Below are positions 1 through 13,749 of a stretch of DNA of 64,000 nucleotides, piece after piece. The position numbers were made by a program, and so were the translations under genes. The DNA comes from Carcharhinus longimanus. Taxonomy: Eukaryota. Position 1 is the stretch's first letter. Every line of letters starts with the position of its first letter. The notes beneath the pieces were generated by a model. That model had not been told where the DNA came from. It saw only the letters and a program-made list of their open reading frames with translations, and did no database searches. The stretch lies in assembly GCA_030264375.1 (NCBI GenBank), contig JASCQW010000132.1:84266827-84330826 (forward strand), read 5' to 3'.

Positions 1-76
1 AGGCAGTCCCCTCGAAAGCTTGTGAGTATTATCAAATAAATCGGTTGGACTAAAACCTGGTGTTGTCAGACTTTTT
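1..76 (+). mobile_element. Penelope-like element terminal repeat fragment (cut by window edge)
   Basis: CGAAAGCTTGTGAG..CAAATAAATCGGTTGGACTAAAACCTGGTGTTGTCAGAC, near-identical to the reverse complement of 26520-26585. Confidence 0.65.
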
Positions 77-469
77 AATGAATTTACTGCACAATGGACA
101 CATTGATATTATAATGTAGTTCCTATTACCAACACTTGAAAGTGTGAAAACATTTTATACTTACAATTCAGAATGTTCCCAATTCATCAACATGATTTTC
201 ACTTTATTCATGAACTCTTACACCTGTCGTGCTTTTAATGGGCTTAAATAATTAAAACTCTTCACCACTAGATGAAAATGATATGTGGGAGGAAATTCAA
301 TTTCCCCCTTTTAAATTGGAGAAGCCAACCTTAGCAGAGGCAAGTTTGCTTTTGCACAGGAAACATTCCCAGAACAAAGGACTGCAGAAAAGGTGCAGGG
401 CAAGGAATGCTGAAAAGAATTGGATTTATTTAGTTTCCCATTAGATGCATTTATGCTAACCATTTAATT

Positions 470-1090
470 GTTCCTTATCACAGCAAGTTCCACACAGTAG
501 CCATTCTTTGGGTAACTTGAATTGCCTATTGAATATATTACTGACTAATTTATATTTATGGTCTCCCCACTCAACCCAACAGTAGAAATATCTATTGAAA
601 GTCTATCTTATAAATCCTCTAGAATCTTGAAAACATTTCTCAGTCTTCTCTTTCTTAGAGAAAACAAGCCCAGCATGTTCAATCTTTCCTGATGGATAGA
701 GCCTCTTGGTTTGGTCTCAGCTCTTTTATCTGCTCCTGTGTCTGTATATCCTTTTTATAATATTGTGTTGAAAACTGTGTGTCATCATCCAAGGGTGTTG
801 TAACTATAGTTCAATATAAGTTTAGCATAACTTCTCTCCTATTCGGTTCTATTTGTTTAGAAATATATCCCAATGTTTAATTTGTTTTTCTTTAAAAGAA
901 TAATAAAGTTGCAGGAGGCCAATAGTGATTTGCATACCTAAGTGCCAAAATCCCTTTGTTTCCTTAACCCATTCAGTCACTTATTATCTGAGCAGTATGT
1001 GGCCTCTGTATCCTTCTTGCCAAAATGCACAACTCATTTACCTTCATTAAAATTATTTTGTCCATTACACATCAATTATGTAACCTCTCA
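470..1090 (-). mobile_element. Old CR1-type LINE 3' fragment
   Basis: Degenerate antisense CR1 pattern (CCCAGCATGTTCAATCTTTCCTGAT..., AAGTTTAGCATAACTTC); similar to 12470-13590. Confidence 0.55.
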
Positions 1091-3029
1091 ATGCCACCCA
1101 CTCCACAGCTGTATTTGTTCTTTTTTTAATGACCTTTAGATGCTAATTGTACTGCTTAAAATTATCTTGGCAATCTTGCAGCAGGTGCAATAAGAGAAAC
1201 TGCACTAATTCCAGTTAGCAGTCATGCCACACCTTAAAGCTAGTTAATTGGTTGAAATGATGTAGAGTTACAATTATATCTCATTTCAGTTATTTAGACT
1301 GCTATTTGTGAGGTACCCTCTCAGCAGCCAAGGAAGATCAGTGCCCCCAGCCTGCTATGGAGAAGCACGTCTCCTATGCTCAGACACAAAATGCCTTTAT
1401 ATTATAAAATTGTACCTAATGGCACCCAAATCCATTGACAGCAATTAGTAATTATTCAAACAGAAGTGAAGATCTTATTAATGTGCCTGTAAAGAAACTC
1501 ATCTGTCAAACTCAAACCTTGGGAAGTTCCCACAGTTTTTCCCACTATTTTTAATCCTTCAATTTTTTGGGGATTTGCTCCTGCCACACATCTGATGGGG
1601 ATGTTCAATGCGGACTTGTGAGTGAAGAAAGCACAACTGTCCTAAACCAATTGCACAATGTAAATGTGCCAGCTGAGAAGAGTTGACAAAGGCCACAAAG
1701 AACTTAGCAATGCACAGCATGGCACATTGCTGTAGATTAGAGTGTGAAAGTGAGTGGAAGAATTGGTGTTATGATTGGACTGTGAAGATGTATTGTAATG
1801 AGGTAGCTTTGGAAACTGAATACGAAAACCAATATTAAAATTATAGAATAGGTGGAAGTGATTTAAACGTTAACTCAAAGGATCAAGCCATGAACATGGG
1901 CATTTTCATTAAAATCATTGCCTGAACATTGAAACTGATTCTGTAAGTGAAAATATTTTCCATAACATACTACTCGTAGATTAGCTATAATGACAAATTC
2001 AGGAAGTCATGGAGCCTCCCTAGACAAGTGCAGAGATTCAAGAATTGAAACATGTGTCTTCTAGTCTTTTCTCTAATTCATTCTCCTATTGAATGAAGAA
2101 TTGCTCTGTGAGTTCAGTCTTGCTGAGATTTTCTATACATGTTTTCACTTATCATCAAGTGATACTAAAACATTTGCCATGTGACATATAGAACTTAAGT
2201 TATGTTGATAAGAATAGAAAAAATATCATGGTTAGGAATGATAATGTAATAAACAAGAAATTGATAGCCTGTGGTATGGAAATAAAGGTTTTCTATTGAC
2301 AGTGGTAGTCCTGGAAGTTCAAACATCCTTGTGTAATACACATTAAAGAGAATGCTTCAGTGAGCATGTGGACTGACATGTGGTTGCAAGTTCAGTCACT
2401 TTTTCGACAGTTAGCACACTGAATTAAAATGACTTTATATATGTTACAGTCTAAAGCAGACAGTTGATAAGACAATAATAACATGCCTGTCTGCCCTCTC
2501 CTATTAATTTTCTAAATCACGCACTTGGTTCAGTGAGGGGAGTAGTTTATGTTTGGAATTTATAGTCAAGGCACTTTTGTTTGATAAACAGGCACCTTTA
2601 TTCCAACCGAACAGAAAGTTAAAGGGCTGAGGGAAATGATACAAAATTTCAGACAACATGATTTTATATTATGTGATCATATTGTCAACATAACGGAAAT
2701 TTTGGTAACAACACATACATCACCTTTCTCTCTTTTATTTTATCTATGCTAAATCAGCAGCTATGCACGTAGTGGCTGCAATAAAAGATAATAAAGAAAT
2801 ACACAAATGCTATCCTTTCATCACATTAAGACTCATACTACAAACCTGAGCATCTGGTGCAAAGAAAACAGGCATCTGAACTGAGTAAAGTGTATAAATG
2901 GATATAATGATGCTATAGTAATATTTGGAGGAAAACCACAGATGACTTGAAGTACAATCTGGATGAAACACAGCTTTAGAGTTTCAGGTTGCTGTGTAAA
3001 GCAAATAGCTGGGGTTCCTCTAATACTTC

Positions 3030-3340
3030 AGTGGGTAATTGTACTGGTAGCGTGATACTAAGCCACATAAACCAGAAGGCTGAAGATTAGAATCCTGAAC
3101 TGTGTTGAATGAAGTCTCCCAGGAGAAAATAATTAGTCAAGCCTTCTGTTGTTGAATGCTGTCTGCTGAATCTTACGTGTTTGTGCATGCGTGTAGACTT
3201 CAGATGAGACCTTGGTCAGACTGAACTCAGGTGTTTTTACAACCAGGAAGCCTTCTTGTCACACTTATGAAGAGCAGCCTAAAGGTCGCGTTTGCCCCCC
3301 TGCAGCCGGACCAGAACATTTCTCACTGATCTAAGACAAG
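3030..3340 (+). mobile_element. LF-SINE-like ancient SINE copy
   Basis: Collinear blocks resembling the recalled LF-SINE consensus: GTGATACTAAGCCACATAAACCAGAAGG..CTGTGTTGA, GGAGAAAATAATTAGTCAAG, GTGCATGCGTGTAGACTTCAGATGAG, CACACTTATGAAGAGCAGCC. Confidence 0.55.
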
Positions 3341-3794
3341 AAGAAATAAAATGCCTTAGCTTTGCTTTGTTGATCTATGAGGGCTGAGTTAACTTTTGGT
3401 ACTAACTGAAAATGATTGGTGTGGATTTGCTGCCGGTTATATAACCTTTCTTTAAAAATTCTTTAGGAAACCCTGGGTAAGGTTCATTACAGGCAACCAA
3501 TCAGTTACCGGTTACTGCCACTACAGAGTTCTAATCAGCCTGATGATGAGATGAGAAACCTTCAACTGTGCATTATCCTTTACCATACTTAAAGCCATCA
3601 ATTGTTACATATCTTTTTAACACCAAATTATTTTTGCTATGCAAGTGCTTTCTCACTGAATTGAGACAGTATCTTAACAGCAAACCATAGAGGCTCCATT
3701 TCGTATGGATAGTCTGTAGTTGAGTAAGTTTGCTTTGTTTAAAAACTGGTAATTATAGGATTGGAAGCTAGGAAAACAGATTCCCAAGTCTCAC

Positions 3795-4022
3795 CGCTGT
3801 TATGTGCTTCCAGTTGTGAGGCAGAGTTGACAGCCACCTTGCAGAGGGAGCAGTAAAGCAGCCGTTTTGCTTTTTCTTCTTCTGTTTCCTTGGGAAGAGC
3901 TGTATTGCAGCTACTGGATGTAAAGGATTTCTCTGTCCTGGAAATGGATTCTGTTGTGAGACTATCACTTGCTGCTGCCAGTGTTGTCACTTTTGATATT
4001 GTTGCTGTCCCTTGAGTACTGT
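3795..4022 (-). CDS. ZNF385D: ZNF385D next coding exon (228 nt) containing most of a matrin-type zinc finger
   Basis: Translation (D)STQGTATISKVTTLAAASDSLTTESISRTEKSFTSSSCNTALPKETEEEKAKRLLYCSLCKVAVNSASQLEAHNS+G. Acceptor TTTTACTATTTTAATCTAG|AC, donor CAGCG|GTGAGA. G+AC gives Asp, joining the upstream exon in frame. Confidence 0.95.
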
Positions 4023-4712
4023 CTAGATTAAAATAGTAAAAGAAATTGTGAAAATAAAACCAAATACAAGCTAGCTCATATCATAAAGCTGGCTTTCAGC
4101 AAATATGAAACTGCATTCTAATCGAAAGTATGATCTATCAAATGTTAAATACCATCTATTCTCTTCACCTTTTCAATACCACTTTTCAATATTTGATCTG
4201 TGGGGAAAATGATAATTGTGTGAAAACGGTTAAAGAAAGGTCTTTGATCCTACCCCCTGTCTATGTAATTTAAAGTTAATGGACTCTACCAACACACAAT
4301 TGGTCCAGTAACAATTGCCATTGACATTCTCCCAAGATTTTCAATAAAATGTTTCAATTATTCATGTGTTTGGAGGGTGGTCATGGAAAAGTTGTTGTGA
4401 TAACAATTCATGCTGATGATGGTTTCCTCGGTATTTGCTGTGCTATTAGGGCAAATGGAAAGGTGTTCCTTTATCTAGCTCAGCTTATGAATAACAACAA
4501 GCTAAATTTGAATCTCCTGTGCAATAAAAATGATTATCATGAATCGTTGCCTTGTCAAAACCTAATCCCCATTGGCCTTTGCAGTGAAAACATCTCGATC
4601 TTCTCCAATTTTACAGAAAGGTAGACAAGAAAGGGGATGATTATTTTTCATGTATAGTGCTGATCAGGCTGGTGATGAGCAGGGCATCTGTCATTCTTAT
4701 CCAATGAGATTG

Positions 4713-4948
4713 TGTAATAAGTTCACAGAGACAGAAGTCCCTACAGCAGCACCCCTTTATTAATAATTCTAACAGCAGTACACAGAGTGCTGTCAGTCAG
4801 CAGTTTCCCTTCGGCAGTGCCAGAGGAGCTGACACTCCCGGTTATATACGAAGTAAGGTTTCCTTGATTAGCACAACAATTGGCCCCTTAATCAGGGAGT
4901 TTGTATTCCAATAGGCCAACTTCAATGGTCTGATAAAAGTCATTTTAG
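4713..4948 (-). mobile_element. Probable solo LTR (~235 bp)
   Basis: Begins TGTAAT; TTTATT (minus-strand AATAAA) at ~4756 and TATATA at ~4843 are in LTR order for the minus strand; right end degenerate. Confidence 0.35.
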
Positions 4949-5059
4949 ATTGATAAGACATTGGTGCGAGGTCCCACCCATGTTCATGATTGGGTTTCTT
5001 TTTAATATTCAGGTGGAGTTACCAGGATTAATTGTACTCATTATTAGCAGTTCATCCAT

Positions 5060-5310
5060 TAGAACATAGAACATAGAACATAGAACACTACAGCACAAAC
5101 AGGCCCTTCGGCCCACGAGTTGCGCCGATCACGTNNNNNNNNNNNNNNNNNNNNNNNNNNNNNNNNNNNNNNNNNNNNNNNNNNNNNNNNNNNNNNNNNN
5201 NNNNNNNNNNNNNNNNNNNNNNNNNNNNNNNNNNGCTCCCTCAACCTAACTTCATAAGGCATGCCTCCCAGTCCAGGCAACATCCTTGTAAATCTCCTCT
5301 GTACCCTCTC
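5060..5310 (-). mobile_element. Young CR1/HER1 LINE 3' end with (TAGAACA)n tail, interrupted by a 100-N gap
   Basis: TAGAACA repeats followed by CAGCACAAACAGGCCCTTCGGCCC; beyond the gap the minus strand encodes ERVQRRFTRMLPGLGGMPYEVRLRE (CR1 ORF2 C-terminus). Confidence 0.85.
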
Positions 5311-5431
5311 ATTAGAATTGGTGAAATCCGATGGAGACTGCCACTATTTAATGACAGCCTGGGCCTTTTAAATAGGAGGTCTATATTTTATGTGGGTGAA
5401 TTCTAGAACGTATTTTTCCACTGTCAACTGA

Positions 5432-5597
5432 GAAAGAAGCAATGCATTTAAACAGTGCCTTTCATGACTCCCAGGATGTCCCACTTTGTAGCCCTGCAGT
5501 ACTTTTGGATTCTGGTCACTGTTGTAAATTAAGAAATGCAGCAGCCAATTTTTGTACAACATTTTGCATAAACAGAAAAGTAATAATGACTAAATTT
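5432..5597 (-). mobile_element. Deu-domain SINE (SacSINE1/AmnSINE1-like) 3' part
   Basis: Reverse complement reads AAATTGGCTGCTGCATTTC..ACAACAGTGACC..AAAAGTAC..GGGACATCCTGGGAGTCATGAAAGGCACTGTTTAAATGCA, matching the recalled Deu core plus tail. Confidence 0.6.
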
Positions 5598-5599
5598 AT

Positions 5600-5894
5600 A
5601 GGCAGAATTTTCCAGTCCCGTTGTGGTGGGATCCGTCATGGGAAATTCAGTGACCTAGCCAAAAAATCCATTGACTTTTGGCAGGACTGGACGATCCTAA
5701 CAGCGAGTGGGGCCAGAAGATCTTGCCCAATGTATTTTAAATGTTGATAACTAAATGTAATAGGTGGGATTTTCAAATCCTGCCTGCCTCAGGACCAGAA
5801 ATTCCCAGCCGAGGTTAATCTTTTGTTCCTCCATCGAATGTTCCACTCAGCCCATGAAGATCTCTGACGTGGGTGGGATTGAAAGATTTCTCTC
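5600..5894. mobile_element. Two adjacent ~130-bp MITEs (5600-5728, 5762-5894), probably PIF/Harbinger-derived
   Basis: Imperfect terminal inverted repeats AGGCAGAATTTTCC...AGAAGATCTTGCCC and AGGTGGGATTTTC...GAAAGATTTCTCTC with TAT/AAT flanks. Confidence 0.55.
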
Positions 5895-6189
5895 AATACT
5901 ACTGCTGTAAACAATGTCACAGTTACATGTATGACTTGTGTTACAAATCAGAAGCTGGAATCATCCATAAGGTTTATAAAACAAATATATCACAACATTC
6001 TGTCTTTGTATTCTATCACTGGTATTGTAATGTCTACAAGATATCATGCTACACGATCTGCCATTTGTCTGATGGAAGCTATTCCTGTTTAATGCTATTA
6101 ATCTTTTGGCCTCTTCATTCAATTCAAATATTGTTCATTTAATTTATCTTCAGTACACTTTATGATACTTTAATTGAAAACTAAATGCA

Positions 6190-6620
6190 TATGATGAACA
6201 AATCAACAGCAAGGAGGAGGTTCACATCACCAATGATGGACAACATAATTCCACAATGATGGAGACAAAGAGAGTGGCTGATCTGGCCAATACTATAAAC
6301 ATTGCTCACACAACCTAACAGCAATGACAAAGAAAGATTTGATGACCTTGTCAGAGCTGCACAACTCTCTTCTCCGCATTGTCTAACACCACCCTACTCC
6401 AGCATGAGCACTATGAAAGCTTCCTTGCACTGCATCCCATACCTCACTTGAACCCAGAGCAGGACACTTCACTGCACCTCCATATGTATGCATTAGCACA
6501 CTTACTATTGCCTCACAACTTGTTGCTCCTCTTTCAAAGTGTCCCTCCATCCCAACTGAGAACCAACTCATGCCCACAGTGACTTATACTCTCAATCCCA
6601 TTTTGACCCAACCCCTGAGA
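6190..6620 (+). pseudogene. Degenerate Harbinger Myb/SANT-like gene fragment
   Basis: Broken peptide VADLANTINIAHTT*QQ..KERFDDLVRAA resembles the Myb/SANT-like motif RTxxQCRKRFNDL. Confidence 0.4.
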
Positions 6621-9420
6621 CACTCCCCATAACCCTTCATATTGTCATGCCAACTCAATGCCAACCCGTACCCTTTCCATGTCCATCCATCCAGAATGTA
6701 TTGCTGCTTAACCAATGAGCCATATATAAAAAAAAAGGCAAGTATGGAACTGCTGAGAGAAAGAAAACACCTACTCACAAATGTTATTTTGAAAAAAAAC
6801 TGCTGTTCCTTCAGCCCTATGAATTTGTCAATTAGACTACTACAGTATCAATAACAGAGGTTACAAACACTCTTAATGAGATGTCCAAATGAAGGTTGAG
6901 ACATTGGCAAAAGAGATCACAGAAATAATAACTTATTATTGCTGAATAAAGATGTCAATCAAGCAAAGTCAACAATTTACTTCAGTGATCAAAACAGAAC
7001 ACCCTGATGAGCCAATGCTTTTATTAGCCTGGGCTCAAAGCTAAGACTCATTATGCATGCATTTTGGAGTCTTCAAGTTTGAATCCAAGCCTGTAGAAAA
7101 GATTACCTCCACGGGTACATAAAACATGAACTTGTTTGGAATGAGCCTTTCATAGTGGACTTGGATTGTGGTCATTCCCAAAACTAGAATAATTGAGTTG
7201 CCATAAGCTTTAAGAGTGTCAGTCGCAGGAGTGAGAGAAAGGTGTGAAAAACGCCATGGTTAAGTTAGTCACTCAGGGTAGATATCTTCACATCAATGCT
7301 GATGAGAAGCAACACTGAGATATCCACAATCCTGCCTCAGCAATCCTTAAAATAATCTTGTTTTTGATGTTGCACATCACTCTCAGGAAGAGAATCCTCC
7401 ATCTGTCAAATTGATGAAATTATCTTCTTTGATATATTCACCTTTGCATAGTGGTCCCACTTTAAGCATAAGTTACATCTTTTCCCTCAAGCTGGACATG
7501 GCATTGGGAATCACTGAACATCTCCACAATCTAGGCACAGTGTTATTGGTGGCTGACTATGTTTTTGAGACTGCTGAGGTTTCTTATTGCTGGTCAGCCA
7601 AGCTGTGCCCACAACCTTGAATCTGAAGGTGTATTTCTGTGTAACCTCTCAAAATCTAACATAGCAGATTCATTTGGACTGCCAAGATTGTGGTCGCCCA
7701 CCCCAAAGGTTAGATCAACATCCTCTATAAGAGGATATTCCCTACTTTGTGGACTTGAATTCCTTTTCAATTAATTGTTCAGCATATCAAATTTACATGC
7801 CAAAGCCAAATGCTGCAATGCATTGTTTTATGGGCTCATTATTTCCCTGGCATTTTTGATATATAATCATTTCATCATCATTCTTGGCCCAAAGTATTTT
7901 TTGAGAGCAATTACTGCCATATCAAACACAGATGAATATTCATTGGTCTTCTGTTCCATGAAAATGTATGATTACCACCTTCTTGTTGATCACTCTCCAT
8001 CCAGATTGCCCATTCCTACATCAAGAAGGTAGGTCTTGAACCCTACAATCCCATCAACACCATGGCATGGGTGGATCTCCCAGTGCTGAAAGAAACTGTG
8101 TTGGAGCTGGTAAATTTAAACTTTTCTCCATTACCCTTGTTGCCAGTTTGTCATATATTTCATATCCTGGAACTAAGCAGAGATGATACTGGTCTCTATA
8201 TGGTAACAAATTTTATTCGCTGTGATTTAAAATGTTTGCTCCATGCTTATAACTAGCTGTAGCTTATAGCAACTTCTTAAATTTGTTCATTTTTCTCAGT
8301 GTCCACACCCAAACATAACCAAACACTACAAGTATTGACAGTAAACAGACTCACGTAATCAATCACAGAGTAATTGAGTACTAAAAAAAATCCCATACGC
8401 CTTCTCATGTGGTCTTGTAACCTTTAAAGAGATGTTTATTGTCAGCCTACTGTCTCTCTTTTCCTGCACCTCTTTCAAATTGTACCATTCAGCTTATATT
8501 TCCTCTTAGAAAATGCACATCACAGTTCAGTGTTAAATTTTATGCAAATAGGTCATGCATCTAACCTATTTCACCAGTCTGTCTATAGTCTCCTCAGGTC
8601 TGTTAGTATTCTTCTCACTGATACCATCTGCAAACTTTGAAATTATGCCCTCTCTACCCAAGTCCAGGTAATTAATATCAATTGGAAAGAAGTAGGACTA
8701 ACACCAATCCCTGGAGAACACCACACACACTTACCTCCAGTCTAAAAAATAACAATTCACCACTAAATTCTGCCTTTTCTCTCAGCCAATTCCACTTTAA
8801 TGACGTGGAGTTCAATTTTAATACATTTAGAATGTGGTGCTTTATCAAAGGTAATTTGATGCCAATCAGATTCACTGTTTACTCCCAAATTGTGTTTATT
8901 TTATGGATGTCCCTCATGCTTAAAAAAAAACAAGCTTAAACCTCAAAGTGCATCTTCCTCCTAATAATTAAAACACTTCTTTCACTGACAAGAAAAGATG
9001 CCATACAATATTTATTAAGATGTGGGGAGGCAGCGCTGTATTTCACTAATTCAGGTCAATTTTGCAATTTTGTTTGGCTGCTAGAGCCAAATGTTGGATC
9101 CAACACTGGGCTTTGGTCTCTGACACCTCCTGTGTCTGTATTTGAAGATTATTTTATAGTCTCTTTTCATGGTATGACTCATTTTGGACAATATCTACTG
9201 AGACCCATAAAAACAGCAGAAACTTTTCATCCTCAATCTTGAAACAAAACTGAATTGGCATTCTTTATGACTCACATTGGTCTGTTCACCACAAAGCTTC
9301 AATAGGTTATACTGCACAAAGTCAGGTTAACAATTCATTTGGCATTGTTTTTCAATTCAATGCCCTCACATTGTAACGATCTACCATTGTTTGTCAACTT
9401 AACACAAAACCTTGATGATA

Positions 9421-9625
9421 ACAGGAAATGCTGGAAATGCTCAGCAGGCCTGGTTGAATTTATGGAAAGTGAAACAGTTAGTGTTTCAGATTGATAATCT
9501 TGCACCAGAATCGGAAAAAGTGAAATATTTGCACTGTCTCTCTACAGATGCTGCCACACTGGCTGAGTATTTCCAGCATTTCCTGTTTTCATTTCAGATT
9601 TTCAGCATCTGTTGTATTTTGCTTT
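9421..9625. mobile_element. Inverted (hairpin) copy of a short Penelope-derived repeat
   Basis: Arms 9421-9445 ACAGGAAATGCTGGAAATGCTCAGC and 9562-9586 are complementary at 24/25 positions. Single copies at ~23970-24080, 35868-36000, 48507-48590 and 63555-63685. Confidence 0.6.
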
Positions 9626-12469
9626 TGCAAAACCTTTACGGTGTCAGAAAGGACAAGCATTAATGTTAAACATGTGTTTGCAGGTTGTTCCGAAAATAAA
9701 CTTTTTTTCTTGACAAAACGCTTTGAGTCTCTAAATGTTTGGAGTAATAAGCCAGTCCAAAGAAAACACTGATCAGAATTGCACGAGGGGAGATTTACAG
9801 CAGTATTGCATTAGAGTTGCAAATACTATGAATGTTGCAAGGTTTTAAGAAAGTATTATAGGAGTGATTGCTCAACAGCGTAGGCAAGCATTTAATTATT
9901 ATCCAGCAACTAAACCAAACACTTTATTTTCTCCGAGCACTTCCATTCCAACCGTGCTTCCAAACTCTTTAGCAATCAAAAGTGTGTCACTATCACACAC
10001 ATTTATAAAAGCATGACCTCCATCCACAGAAAACTTGCTCCTACCTATTTAAAAATATGTACTTTCACCATTGTTGTTAAAAGTGAGAGTATGACTTCAC
10101 ATCACTCGTAGTTACTATAGCCTTATTGGGGTCACTGGCATCTTCTTGCTTCTTCTCTGATTTTCTTCAAGACATCCTCAGCCCACATCTTAATGTCGTC
10201 CACTCATCTGATGCTTCTTCTTCCCCTGCCAGGTTTTGACTTTTAATTTGGTATAAATTTGTAAAACTCCAGAACACTCAGACGCATTTGCATTTATTTT
10301 TGTTTTTTAGGTGGGGTACCAACCCATTCATTGGAAGAAACAGGATCTGCTTCAAGTGTATTCCTGCTGTTTTCAGGATTTCCCAGACAGCTTTGGAAAG
10401 GGTGGCCCCAGTTTACCCTGGGCACGTAGACTTATGTCAGGGGCAGAAGATGGAGTTCCATACCCTGGAATTTGAACTCCCATGGCTCATTCATCACTTG
10501 GTATATGACTGGAGGATAGCATGCTAAGAGGTATGCCATCCAGATCTGGCTTCCACAGGTGGAATTATAGAAAAATAGAAATTGCCAGATGAAAGAGACC
10601 AAGATCCATTTTGTTCACTCTATTCCTTCCTAATAGTCAAATTATGCAAGAGCTAGGAAGTTATTAACTACCTATCAAAATTAATCTCATTCAATTAGTC
10701 TACAACATACCCAGAAAAGATGCAATGGAAAAGCAAGTGGTGGAGAGCTTCAGGAACTATCGATGGAAAGTCACATTTTCCTGACAAGTCTGCAACATTT
10801 GCCACTTCATGGGTGGAATTTAATGCCCTAACCTTCCTCCCCGGCCTGCATCCCATTCTCTCTAAGAATACCATCCTGACCTACTTCATGGGCTCTGAGG
10901 CATTCATTACTGATCCTTTAGGTATGCTTTAGTGCAATTTTGGCAGTGGCCACCGCTCCAACTGGTGCTGTCCCTATTGCAGTTAGCCTCGGGCTAGCCG
11001 ACAGCTTTTGTGAGAAGGATCTCCACCTTACTGGTGCCTTAATTCAATGGGATATCCTGCACCGTCCAGGTGAGTGTCTGATCAGTTCAGAATAGCATCA
11101 GGCCTCAGCTGAAAGGTGACAGGACTCCTTCAATTGGTGGACTGCCACTAAATTCTGGCTCATATCGCAACATAGTCGTATACTGTTCCCTAAAATGTTT
11201 TTTTTTAACAAAATCTATCACATTTTCACTTGAATTAATCTATAATAATTGCTTCCATTATCTTCCTAAGGTGCCTGTTCCATAGGTTTACTACTTGCTC
11301 ACTGAAATATTGTTTCCACATCGTTGTTTTGAATTTAACCCCCTACTGGCACAGGCTGTCTCATCTGGTACTACTGTTCTAGACAAGGTAAAATAGCTTA
11401 GAGAAATCTACATTATGTAACCCCTTTAGAAACCCAAAATCAGTAATCATGTCGCCTCTCAACCTTTTCCAACCAATTTACATAATTACTGCTCATAATC
11501 CAATCTCTCTATCATTGCAATCTGCTCGTTCTTTCCCTTACCAACATTAATAATAACTTGTGTTCCTATTGCACCTTTAATGGCCCAGATTTTTACCCCC
11601 AAGATACACGTTAGGACTCCTTGGCAGTCCTAACACACTGAGTCTGTGGGAATTGCTCGGGAACTCTGAACTTCTGATGGGAAATTCCTTTGCTCCCTGA
11701 ACTAGAGTCAGTGGCCAGATCTTCCGATATATGTTCAGTGTCAGTTTCAGTGAGAAAACTGCCTTGTAGATCTCCAGCTGCACAGAAATATCTTTACAGA
11801 CACATACAATTTCAGTAAGATAACATAGTCGACTATACTCTAGTCGGCCATACTCTATAGTCGAATATGCAAGGTAAATTAGCGATACATAGGAATTAAC
11901 AAGCAGATTAAGGTTGGCAGATTAATGGTGGGGTACCATTGCATCCCACCAGCCAATGGGCAGTGTGAGCTGTTAAGATTGCGCGAGAGGTGAGAAATCA
12001 GATTCACGCCAGATTTCTCACCTCTTGCAATCTTGCCGGCACTGGATATCTGGCACGATCAGCTTTGTGCTATTTCCAGCACGAGGCTGAATAATTTATT
12101 TAAATTAAATTAAAATCTGCTTTTCATTGAATTATCATCCGGGCCCACTTGCTTCTGTGGTCTCACGGGAGAGGCTCTCTCTGGCGAGAATCACAGCTAG
12201 TCCCCAGCAACACAGCCAGTCATGATGGCCTCACTGGTAGATCTGGAGGTCATTAAGGCCCCCAGGGAGATCAGGAGCAAGGAGCTACACCTTGGCACTG
12301 CCTACCAGACATTCTGATACTGCTTGGTGGGAAATGCCAAGTGAGCGGGGCTGGAGAGGCTTACTAGGGGACCGGTGCAAGACTGGGGGTGGCCAATAAC
12401 AGCAAAACAATAGATTGCAACGTTAAGTCAGCACTTAACAAAAATGTCAATTAAACTGTCAAGTTTCTT

Positions 12470-13590
12470 CATATAGAATGTACAGCATAGAAACAGGACT
12501 ATTGGTGTTTCCAAGTTGGTGTTTATGACTCACTCGGACCTCTTCCCAAGTTTTTCATTTAAATCTATAATTGAAACTATCCATTTCCTCTAGCTTCCCC
12601 TTAAACATATTTATACAATTCTCTTCAACCACTCCATGTAGTATAGTAGCATGCTGCACATTCATACCACTTTTTAAGTAAAGAAATTTCTTCTGAATTC
12701 CCTAACTGAATTTCTTGGTGACTATTTTGTATTGATTGTCTCTAATTATGTTCTTCCCCACAAATGGAAACGTTCTCTCTATATCCAGTCCATTATAATC
12801 TTTCAAGATTTAAAACACATTATTCAGTCAGTCTTCAGCCTTTATTTTTCAAAAGGAAAGAAACCCAGCCTGTCAATCCTTTCCTGATAAATGCACACAC
12901 TTCTGTTATTATCCTTGTAAATCTTCTCTGCACCTTCTCTAGTGCCTTAAAGCGATTTAGAATATAGAGACCAGAATCATAGACAGTACCTTAAGTGTCA
13001 TCTAACCAATATTTTGATACAGGTTTAACATAACTTCCCTACTATTTAATTCTATTCTGCTAGAATAAAGCCTAGTGTTTGTTTTGCTTTTTTGCTAAAC
13101 TGTGGCACAGCTTTAATGTTTAATGTATTTGTATTCCAAAATCTCTTTGTTCTTCTACCCCATCTAGACTTTCAAATAATAAGTGAACCCACCTAAGATG
13201 TACTACCTCATACTTATTAGTGTTGAACTTCGTTTGCCAATTATTTACCTATTCCACAAGTTAACATCCTTTTCTAATTGTTTTGCAGTCCTCCTCAGCA
13301 TTGACCAAATTCAGTGTCAACCACAAACTTGGAAACTGTTTTTGATCTAAAAGTTTAAATTGTGAACGTAAATTGTGAACAACAATGGTTGTAACACAGA
13401 TCTTTATGCAACACCGCTTCTCACATTCTGCTGCTCTGAACAGATATCCTTTATTCCTGCTCTCAGCTAGCAATCTATTCCGTCACTTGTCCCCGATTCC
13501 ACATTTCCTGACCTTATTCACAAGTTCCTTATCGAAGACCTTTTGAAAATCTATCAGAATTATATCAACTGAATTACCTTTGTCTACTTT
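12470..13590 (-). mobile_element. Old CR1-type LINE 3' fragment
   Basis: Tail ATAGAATGTACAGCATAGAAACAGG; ATCCTTGTAAATCTTCTCTGCACCTTCTC is antisense of EKVQRRFTR. Confidence 0.7.
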
Positions 13591-13749
13591 CTCTGTTCTT
13601 CGCGATTCATGATTAATCAAAATTAATTACAAAATCTCGGACTCTGAGCAGCTGTTGGAAATAAATGTACTAAAAAATTTGTACCTCAAATGCTTATGTG
13701 TTTTCTAATGAAGGTCCTAAAGAATAGAACACAGTAGATTGGAACATAA

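Noticed and set aside
3739-3990. ORF-track 83-aa protein as a standalone gene
   Set aside because: It is the ZNF385D exon read from a GTG start and through the splice donor.
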